A stretch of 64,000 bases of DNA from assembly GCF_006345805.1 (NCBI RefSeq), contig NC_043013.1:18600001-18664000 (forward strand), written 5' to 3'. The translations under genes were made by a program, and so were the position numbers. Shown here piece by piece: positions 53,790 through 64,000 of the stretch. The notes beneath the pieces are model-generated. The model did no database searches. It had not been told where the DNA came from and saw only the letters and a list, made by a program, of their open reading frames with translations. The first letter of the stretch is position 1. Every line of letters starts with the position of its first letter. The DNA comes from Octopus sinensis (lineage: Eukaryota).

Positions 53790-54120
53790 CTTCCTCATAG
53801 CTCACTGGTAAAAACTATACTTCTCAACCACATGGTTCCGGGTTCAGTCCCACTGCTTGGAATCTTGGTTAAGTACCTCTCATACACGAGTGCCGACCAA
53901 AGTGTTGTGATTTGTTAGACAAAGTAAATGAAAGATGCCTTTTGTAGATATACGAATATATGTATGTATATATGTATGTATATATATATATATATATATA
54001 TATTATATTAAATTAGAGACAAAACCACTATTATGCAAAACTACTATTATATATATATAAATTTTATGCGTAATGAGATAAAAAACCAAGGCTGTGTAGA
54101 TATTAGAACATTTATAGATA

Positions 54121-54174
54121 GGTCTTACAGCTGTTTCCAAGATATTTATTAATTATATCCCTCCATCGGAGACG
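54121..54174 (-). ncRNA. Degenerate hammerhead motif (family also at 31184-31225)
   Basis: GTCT-CCGATGGA-GGGATA...TATCTTG-GAAA-CAGCTG-TA-AGAC: stem I, palindrome ACAGCTGT and GUA intact; core mutated. Confidence 0.4.
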
Positions 54175-54456
54175 GTGTGAGAGGATGGTTAAGTAATAGT
54201 TAATTTAGATAGGATACAAAATAGAGAGTGAGGTGGAGGAAAGAAAATAGATGTGAGACAGGTAGGGATATTGAAGTTGTAGATAATTTTTTAGGCAGAA
54301 TAGTATATATGTAAGATTCCAATACCTTATGAGTAAAATCCAGCAGAATTTAAAATGGGTCATTCCAAATATAGAGTTTATACACAATGTAAGATTCCAA
54401 TACCTTATAAGTGAGATCCCGCAGTATTTAAACTTGGTCATTCCAAGTACAGAATT

Positions 54457-54526
54457 TATACACAGTGTTATAGAGTCAAAGGTTTTTATTTAAATAAAAA
54501 CCTTTGACTCTACAACACTGTGTATA
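54457..54526. repeat. 70-bp loop-less palindrome at the end of a ~78-bp tandem duplication (54309-54465)
   Basis: 35+35 bp with one mismatch; centre between 54491 and 54492. Confidence 0.93.
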
Positions 54527-54559
54527 CATTTTCTAATTGACAATTAGGCATCTCCTCAC

Positions 54560-55512
54560 AAAACCAACTATGCCAACTATTGCTTGTATAAATGTCAATT
54601 TATAAACCGGACATAAAGCCAGACGTTTCCAAGCTGTTTTTCGTAGTTATACTCTTTACTTTGACTTTCAAAACTTTATGGCTGTACATCTCTTGTTTGT
54701 TCCAAAGAACAAACTCCATTCTGTTATGGTTGCACTTGATAGTAGTTTTGAGGGGAATGTTCCACCATTATCCCTTGCATTGATGTTCATGTATATATTT
54801 ATATTCATCAACAGCGTGTGGGGTGGATGGAGTCTCTATATTCATTCCAGTATAGTCTTTTTTTCTGATGGTATTTAATATTATTTTAGCAGTAACGTCG
54901 TGTCTCATATGGAAGTAACACCTTGATGACATGTTTGGGCAGCTGATAATCGCATGTGCGATTCTTTCACAAAAAATGACATAATCTTTTTGGGGCGTAT
55001 TTTGGGATTCCAAGGGCTTCCCTCTTTTCTTTACCACGCATTTTGCAGCAATCTCCTATTCTTGCATTGCAAATGCATAGTCCTCGAAGTGTGATGTAGC
55101 GTTCACATACCATAAGAGAGGCTGCCTTTCATGTCGATATTACAGTCGTCTTCTTCAAATGCCACCGAGGCCGAGTTCGCCTTTTATCCTTTCGGGGATC
55201 TATAAAATACCAGCTGAGTATTGGCTTCGGCGAAATCGACTAGAATCCTCTCCGAAAATTTCAAATCTTTTGACTATTGTAGAAAGGATATTACATGTCG
55301 TCTTCAAGTCTGGAAAACATGCCCATATATGGTATTGTTTGGTATGCAGAGCATTTCATATCCAGGTTTCCTTTGAAGTATGTTAGTCTAACTCTTTTGG
55401 GGTGGTATGGTATGTTGTAGTAATGGAGGGATTCCTGAGTAGCTCACTGCTGACGCTTAGAATGTTATCTTCGCTCTTCATTATTAAGTTTGTGCGTTTA
55501 TTTTTGTTGTTG

Positions 55513-55546
<34 letters not shown>

Positions 55547-55810
55547 ATTGTTGTTGTTTAGCAGATGTTCTCTGTGACAGATCTATACGATAATCGAAGA
55601 CTATCTGCTCTGATCTCGAGCCCCTATTTATACATGCTTTCTTGGACTGAGACTGTCAACATTACTAGTTCTGTAGGAGATTCCTGTTGATGTCCAGATC
55701 TTGAAGGTTTCGATGCCTATGGAGTGGATTTCTTCTGCACCCCAGTCAAGTATCCCTTGAAATCAGCACTGGTACAGCAAATGTGTTGTGGGATATTGCC
55801 TTCTTGTGAC
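54560..55810 (-). mobile_element. R4/Dong-like non-LTR retrotransposon: post-RT region, zinc knuckle and restriction-like endonuclease remnant, interrupted by a SINE (55135-55310) and microsatellites
   Basis: HNTFAVPVL; TSHFEDYAFAMQE; IAHAIISCPNMSSRCYFHMRHDVTAKII; WWNIPLKTTIKCNHNR. These are the recalled pattern of RLE-type R4 elements. Confidence 0.8.
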
Positions 55811-56020
55811 ATGAGAACGCTATAGTATTTTCGGGTCACTCTCGGGTCACTAAGCAAATGAAATAAGTATTGGGGTCAACTCGTTCAACTAAATATTTTG
55901 AAGATGGTGCCCCGGTATTTCTACAGTTTGATGACTGAAACAAGCAAAAGAATATATATATATATATATAGGTTTGTTGGTGCAAACAGAAAAAATAGAA
56001 CTCAAAATATGAGTACGTAT

Positions 56021-56073
<53 letters not shown>

Positions 56074-56827
56074 CATATACACACAAATACACAAATAGAT
56101 AGATGGATATGCGAAAAGAGTCGGATTTATCGAGGTAAAATGTACACAGGATAGACCAATAAACAACCGGTATATTGAAAAAAGATACACCAAGTAGAAC
56201 TAGCCACTAAGTGTTTCAAATCTTTATACGTTGGTCTATACACTCAAAGATGGTCTCTGTGAGAGGAGCATTCATTAAGGAAGAACTTTTGCTAATTGTT
56301 CTTTATATTAAATGAACGAGATGAACGTCAGATGGACCCGGAAACTTGATGTACGGCGATTGAAAGAGAAAAGGAGACCTTTTGTTAAGAAATCGATATT
56401 TTATATCTGAGAGATATCATTAAAATGTCCAAACGTATTTCAACTGGACGATGTTGCTGCTGCTGCTGCTGTTGATATGATGATGATAATGATGATGCTG
56501 ATGATAATGATGATGGCGATGCTGTACTCCTGCTGCTGCTGCTGCTGATGATGATGATTACAATGGCAATGATGATAAAGGTGAAAATGATGGGGATGGC
56601 AATGATGGCATTGTTATTATCATCATTCATTATTGTCATCATCATCATCATCATCATCGTTGTCGTCATTTTCATCGTCGTCACCGCTATCATAATCATC
56701 ATCAGCATCGCTGTCACTGTCATTGTTGTTGACATCATCATCGTTGTCCTTAAAATCCTCATCCTCATCCTCATCATTATAAACATCATCGCTATCATTT
56801 TCTTATCATCGTCATCTCCATCTACTA

Positions 56828-56885
<58 letters not shown>

Positions 56886-56916
56886 GCTGCTGCTGTTGGT
56901 GGTGCTGGTGCTGCTG

Positions 56917-56973
<57 letters not shown>

Positions 56974-57639
56974 ATTAATGATAGCTGTGATGTGGAGATG
57001 GTGATAGGGAAGATGGGGATGATGACAATGGTTTTGATGGTAATTGTGGCAACGATGTTGATGATGTGAATGATCGTAATGGTAAGGATAGGGAGGATCG
57101 CGGAGTGTTTAAGGGGTTTTATGGTGGTACTGACGGTGACGATGATGATGATGATGATGGTGAGGGCGACGACGACAAAGACGATGATGACAATGATGAT
57201 AATAATAAAGATAACGGTGATGAAGTTGGTTATAGCATTGGTAGTGGTGATAATGATGATGATATTGGAGATGCTGGTCTTAGAAATGATAATTACGATA
57301 ATGATAATAACGATGCTGCTGCTGCTGATGATGATGAAGATGATGATGATGACGATGAGTATGATGATGATGAAGATGATGATGATGATGATGATGATGA
57401 AGAAGAGGAGGAGGAGCGTGATGATGCTTAACGTCATCAACGTCATAATCAACATCAGCAAAACCAGCAAGAAGAATAACCAATAATTGGTGGCACTCTA
57501 TACATGACTATGAGTATGTATGTATGTATGCATGTATGTAAGAATATATGATTGTGTGTCTATGTAAGCATAATACATATGCGGATAGATATGAATGCAT
57601 GCATCCATACTACGCAAACACAAAAGTGTGTATGTTGTG

Positions 57640-57732
<93 letters not shown>

Positions 57733-57745
57733 CAAATATATATAT

Positions 57746-57801
<56 letters not shown>

Positions 57802-58429
57802 TATACACACATACATATATATATACATATATGTGTATGTTATTTATATATGTATATAATATATATATTTATCTATATATAATTCTGTATAATTCTGTTT
57901 CTCTGTGTGTATGAATTAGTAAGTATGTGTAAGTGTGTATGCGTGTATGTGTGTTAACTTGTGTGTGTCTGCGCGGCTTAGGTGCGTACAGGTGTGTATG
58001 TTGAGGTGTTTAATAACGTCATAGGAAACAAGTTGATGAGAGAAATGTTTGGTAGGAAAAGAGGAAGAGGTAGAAGCAAACAGTGGTTAATTGCGGCTGC
58101 TACGTCTATAAGAAGCAGCCATATATCTACTGAGAAAATGTCAGTACACTAATTAAATGAATCAAATGTGTTGAAGAACTTCCTTGAGAACCTTGGCCAT
58201 ACACCTTACACCGCCAACCATAGTCCATTACCTCCCAAACCAAACCGACCGATCGACCGACCGTCCAGCTTGCCAGCCAGCCGAACAGCCGAACGGCAAA
58301 TCAAGCAATGGAACTTCAGCTACTCCACTACATCAACGTCAATCAATCAGCCAAGCAACGGGAAAAGAAAGAAAACACAAGAGCAGGGAGACTAAAACAC
58401 GTTGTTAGATTTGCTAAAAATAGCAATCA

Positions 58430-58945
58430 AATCTTCCTCTAATTACAACTCCACACAGTGGTTGTGCGAAACATCTTGCCCCCAGACTTTTTTCCAAAAT
58501 TGGTGGATTTCCGCTGCTTCAAGAGGTGTATTATCTTCTGCATCTCATCATAAGCTCTTAAGAAAGCTGCCTCTGGTTATTTGAGAATAACCGGTTTTAC
58601 TGGAATTGCGATTTACCAACAGTGTAGGGTTGTACCCTTAAAGATTTTGCCCGCACACGTTGTTTTAGGGTTTCGACAAGCTTTTTTAAAACCCTTTATT
58701 TCTATTTGATATTTTGGGTCCTTGTACTTCTTTTAGGATTTTTCCATTGCCCTTTGGACCATTCTTCTATGCGACTCATATCTTTACGCAAAGTTTTAAT
58801 ATCGCCTGCAATAGTCTGTTTCCACCATGCCTTCTTCTGTATGTCTGCTTTCCTCTCTTTCTTTCTTTCCAACCAGTTCGCTTACTAAAATTGAAGCGGA
58901 TCTTATTGATCAATCCTTTGTTTCCGTTATATCTTTTGTCAGAAT
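58430..58945 (-). mobile_element. R4/Dong-like element, N-terminal pre-RT region remnant
   Basis: WWKQTIAGDIKTLRKDMSRI...LKQRVRAK...NRLFSNNQRQ...FWKKVWG. Same strand and expected order relative to 54560-55810. Confidence 0.7.
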
Positions 58946-58954
58946 GTATTTCAA

Positions 58955-59105
<151 letters not shown>

Positions 59106-59269
59106 AAGAGAGCGATGCGATTGCAATATATATTTTATGGGTTTCAGAAATATTTCGAAATATTGTTCAAATCAATAAAATAACTGTTGCAATCGAACAG
59201 CTCTCTTCGTATTGTGTATTTACCTTTGTGAGAAGTTACGCCAGCCCTTTTAAATTATTATTATTATTA

Positions 59270-59340
<71 letters not shown>

Positions 59341-59341
59341 G

Positions 59342-59822
59342 AGTGAGTGAGCAGTGCATGCCATGAAAGTGACATTAGGGTAAAATATACGAAGCCCAGT
59401 GTATCCATCATGACTACCCGTGTGATAAGGGTACACCAGGCACATGCATCACAACCATATGTGCGCGACATGGCGATCTCATATCAAGATAAACAGCACA
59501 TGACCTTGCAAGTGTCGGCCCAGTTAGAATTATATTCTGGTCGAGTAGCCCATCCTGCTCAAAAGGTCCCTGAATAAGGATTGTTTAGGGATGTTGAACG
59601 AACCACCCACGGCTATGATGCTCCCCCAATGCTTCTGCTCGTGATCAGAGATGCACATTTCGTCAGCCACTAAGGGACATGGTCAACTGGTTAAGATCAA
59701 ACAACTGACAAGCAAATCTGTGGTATTGAACAGAATATTTTCTGTAGGTCATCTTTTATACCAAGACAAAACAATGTACATGATAACACTTCCAAGCACT
59801 TCTGATCAGGAGCCATGAGAGG
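59342..59822. mobile_element. Interspersed repeat, probably a non-autonomous LINE-derived element, bounded by (ATT)n tracts
   Basis: GC-richer complex block between two (ATT)n arrays. It resembles an abundant octopod repeat from memory only. Confidence 0.4.
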
Positions 59823-59848
59823 CATTATTATTGTTATTATTATTATTA

Positions 59849-59908
<60 letters not shown>

Positions 59909-59918
59909 TATTATTATT

Positions 59919-60135
59919 AAGGCGTGAGCTTGCAGCATCGTTAGCCACCCGAGCTAAATGCTTAGCGACATTTCGTCCGTCTTTACGTTCTGAGTTCAAA
60001 TTCCGCCGATGCCGACTTTACCTTTCATCCTCTTGGGGCCGATGAAATAAATAACAATTACAAATTGGGGTTAATGTAATCGACTTATCTCCTCCACAAA
60101 ATTTTGAGGCCTTGTGCATAAAGTAGAACGAATTA
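59919..60135 (+). mobile_element. SINE (7635 family)
   Basis: AAGGCGTGAGCTTGCAG...TTACGTTCTGAGTTCAAATTCCGCCGATGCCGACTTTACCTTTCATCC. Confidence 0.8.
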
Positions 60136-60148
60136 TTAATGCTATTAC

Positions 60149-60243
<95 letters not shown>

Positions 60244-60247
60244 TTAC

Positions 60248-60339
60248 ATAAGGTCAACGAGGGTACGGACTCCGACCACTGCCGTGAGAACATCGTTGTC
60301 TTCGTCTGCCGACAAAGCATTTTTTTCCAAATACGCCAG
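60248..60339 (-). CDS. Candidate exon: LAYLEKNALSADEDNDVLTAVVGVRTLVDL
   Basis: Canonical donor GTAAGT at 60247-60242, weak acceptor TTTAG, protein-like composition. Could instead be part of a decayed TE ORF. Confidence 0.3.
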
Positions 60340-61250
60340 CTAAACTTGTAGTGTTTATTAGTCGTAAGACACCCGCTATTTTTGTCCTGTTTTTACCATT
60401 ATTGTTTTTTGTATTTTATATTCGTGTGGCATCGTCCGTTTTTCTGTCCCTATTTCGTATACATTCGATCCTTCTTCCAAGAAATCTAATGCTCGTAGCT
60501 TTGTTTTTCCTTGGGGCTGGCCGGATCGGAGCGATCTCAAGATTAATCAGCCGAAATTGCTAGGATGATCCGGTTCTTCACTGAAGATTGAAGGCTTCGA
60601 ATGTCCCGTCCGTGTTTTCTGTATCGTCTTCTAAATGTTTTACGTTCTTGTTCCAATTTGTATTTTTCTATATATATATATATATATATAAGTATATTGA
60701 AATGCATTTCATTCATTGTTCTGTTCAGAAAAGAGGTTAGGGGAGTGAGATGGCGGTGTCAACATGTTAGGCGAGGGAGGGTGGGTGGTGTAAGTCTGTA
60801 TGTAGTCAGGTGACCTTTTAGAAATAATAGCGAATTGTTTCAAATAACATCGTATCACCTACAGGAGGAAATGATAATTGGTAACGTAGAACTTAGTATT
60901 TGTACAAACTGTTCACGGTTGGTATACCTCTGATCATAGGATACCTGCATCGGAGTTGTTCTGTTTCTTTTGGACAAGGACGATGACGACGACAACGACA
61001 ACAATAGACAAGTACTTGAAGAACTTTTAAAGCGCAAAGTTTCGCGATTCACCTATTCGAATAGAAATAACGCCAGTAATGTTTCAACTAATGAATAGCT
61101 AAAGGAAAGCAAAATGAGTAATAAAATTAATTAACCAATAAATAAATATATACAACAAAATTTAAAATGAAGCTATAAACATAAATGGAAAACAATAAAA
61201 ATTAGGTAGTGGAAGGTAAAGTTCTGAGGAGAGTAGATGTATACATGGAC

Positions 61251-61319
<69 letters not shown>

Positions 61320-61356
61320 ATATATATATGTATGTGTATATATATATATATATACA

Positions 61357-61435
<79 letters not shown>

Positions 61436-61450
61436 CATAAATATATATAC

Positions 61451-61495
<45 letters not shown>

Positions 61496-61593
61496 CATAT
61501 TATATACATATATATGTTAATATACATATATATATATACATATATATTATATACATATATGTATATGCGTGTGTGTGTGTGTGTGTGTGAAGG

Positions 61594-61745
61594 CGCGTGG
61601 TTTCCAGGTTAGGGTGTCAGCATTATGATCGTAAGATTGTGGTTTCGATTCCTGGGCCGGGCGATGCGTTGTGTTCTTGAGCAAAACACTTCATTTCACT
61701 TTGCTACAGTCCACTCAGCTACCAAAAATGAGTAACGCTGCGGTG
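61594..61745 (+). mobile_element. tRNA-head SINE fragment
   Basis: GGCGCGTGG...GGTTAGGG...GTTTCGATTCCTGGGCCGGGCGATGCGTTGTGTTCTTGAGCAAAACAC. Confidence 0.75.
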
Positions 61746-61756
61746 TGTATATATAC

Positions 61757-61875
<119 letters not shown>

Positions 61876-62376
61876 AGTGTGTGTGTGTATGTATATACAT
61901 ACTAGCCAGCCGGCATGATTGATCGCTAACTTCACAAGATTTTTATAGTCTGTTTCTTTCCTCGTGTTCCTTTCTTTTCAAGAGTGTAGGCTGGAAACTT
62001 GAAGGACTTTCTCACCTTCCCGAGCGTTAAACTAATACACCTGTTTGTTGTTTATACACCTGTCTTCGTCTTTTGTTTTTCTGTAAACATTAACGTACAT
62101 AAACGTATATATATTTCTGTAAACATAAACGCACATAAATTTTATATGCGTGTGTATACATAAATGTATATGCACATGTATGTCTGCGAGTGCATGCATG
62201 GGGATTTATACTTGTTTACGTATATAACATATTATTCACACAGGAATATATACATATAAATATATATATATGTATATATATGTATACACAGACAGACAGA
62301 CACACATATATTTATATATCTATGTATGTAAAATGTATGTCCATATATATATAATATATATATATAATATATATAT

Positions 62377-62456
<80 letters not shown>

Positions 62457-62528
62457 ATATATATATATATATACACTCACCCACATGTGAGCGCATGTGT
62501 ACACACACACAAACAAACATGTACATAC

Positions 62529-62595
62529 ATTTAGTAGTGTTTCGGAGTGGTATTTGAGAAGGATATTTGTGAACTTGTAAAACTGGTGGGCTGTG
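62529..62595 (-). CDS. Candidate 67-nt exon (two open frames: [22 protein letters not shown] or [22 protein letters not shown])
   Basis: Strong acceptor CTTTCTTTACCTCCACCTATTACAG and donor GTATGT; identity unknown. Confidence 0.35.
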
Positions 62596-62746
62596 CTGTA
62601 ATAGGTGGAGGTAAAGAAAGCGATGAGGCAACGTGTATTTAAAAGGTCATTAATTATTGATAAATATATCAATAACACTCGTTAATGCGTCTCCTTCCTA
62701 CCTACCTACGCATACTTCCGTTTATTAGCGATGATTGTCATGATGA

Positions 62747-62777
<31 letters not shown>

Positions 62778-63069
62778 AGTGGTGGTGGTGGTGATAATTT
62801 CGTATAGCATCATCATCGTCGTCACCGTCAAAGGAAGCCGAGAAATATTTCTCTTGTTCTGTTTATAAGCATTCATTCAAGCATACGTCATACATGCGTA
62901 CACACACACATTAATGAGTTGTGCTTCTATTCTTATATTACTGTACCATATTATATGCATATCCTATATATGTGCGTGCATGCATACACACACACTCGCA
63001 CACACACACACTCTTACTCATACACGCACTTACACTCACATGCACACACATATATGCATCCACAAAACA

Positions 63070-63663
63070 TGTACCGAGAGTGATAAAAATCAGACATACA
63101 TTCAACATCAAGGTGTTTGCAGTGATCACTAGTGATGGTGACGTTATGCCTCCATTCATCTACCCACACGGCCTCACACTCAACATCTAGGCCTACATCA
63201 ACTGCCTGGAGGAGATAGCGCTGCCCTGGATCAAGTGGGCGGCTGCTGGATGATCCTATGTCTGGCAACAAGACTCTGCACCATGACAAACAAGCAGGAG
63301 GGCCCAGTCATGGCTATGAGACAATTTTTCGACCATATCACCCCTAAAATCTGGTCAACTAACTCCCCAGACTGCATACTATGTGTGGGGCGCAGCTCAG
63401 CGACAGACCATAAAAACTCCTTGTAACACCAAAGATGAACCGAAGGCAAGGATTGCAGCAGCATACCGTTCAGAAGAGTTGCGGGAAATTCTGAAGACGT
63501 CTGGAGGTCGTGGTGGAAGCCAATGGCGATTTGATTATATGAATTTACTCTTTAGTATTTCAAGATATTTTTTATGCAATTTTGGTAAATATATCTGTTA
63601 AAATAAGAGTTCAATTTTATTTTCATTTTTGCTTAATTTAGACAAAATGTTTACCGCACCCTG
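63070..63663 (+). mobile_element. Decayed DD37-type Tc1/mariner element (same family as 15709-16600)
   Basis: VFAVITSDGDVMPPFIYPHGL; QQDSAP; NSPDC; YVWG; terminal CACCCTG at 63657-63663 matches the CAGGGTG TIR. Confidence 0.88.
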
Positions 63664-64000
63664 TGTATATGCTTATATCTATCAGGTATATGTATAGATT
63701 TAATTTAATGTCTAAAACATCGTTTGAATCTCTAGTATCCCTTTATCCACCATTCTATTGCTATAGGCATACACGCGCCACACACACACACACATTAGCA
63801 CACACGTACATACACATACACACACACACGCACACTCAGACACATTAACACACACGCGTACACACATACACACACATACACACATACGCATACATCCATT
63901 CATATATATATCTACGTGTACAAACAACATTGATATAATACATGTACACCGACATACACACGCACGCACACACGCATATATATATATATATATATATATG

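Noticed and set aside
56385-57486. 361-aa and neighbouring ORFs that look transmembrane or acidic
   Set aside because: Degenerate (GAT/CAT/TAC)n arrays open in several frames at once; typical non-coding low-complexity DNA.

Overview
This is a very AT-rich, microsatellite-saturated eukaryotic genomic window with (TA)n, (CA)n, (ATC)n, (AAT)n, (TATC)n and (AAC)n arrays. The repeat landscape suggests a coleoid cephalopod, probably Octopus; that is an inference from recalled SINE motifs, not a database hit. Nearly all ORFs in the supplied track are microsatellite artefacts, and no complete host gene could be assembled or named. Recognisable content: several tRNA-head SINE families; decayed DD34D mariner and DD37D/E Tc1-mariner transposases; RTE, R4/Dong-type and Penelope-like (GIY-YIG) retroelement remnants; Helentron-like elements; a hAT MITE with 8-bp TSD; and several fold-back palindromes. 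Three observations stand out. (1) A 3'-truncated 5.8S rRNA sequence is fused to a SINE 3' tail between short direct repeats, i.e. a chimeric retrocopy or a possible 5.8S-headed SINE. (2) A set of minimal type I hammerhead ribozyme motifs with palindromic stem III occurs, repeatedly as divergent inverted pairs. (3) Three paralogous 101-nt minus-strand exon-like segments share a phase-1 acceptor and differ only synonymously over 27 codons. All coordinates and folds were read by eye; element boundaries are approximate unless exact motifs are quoted.
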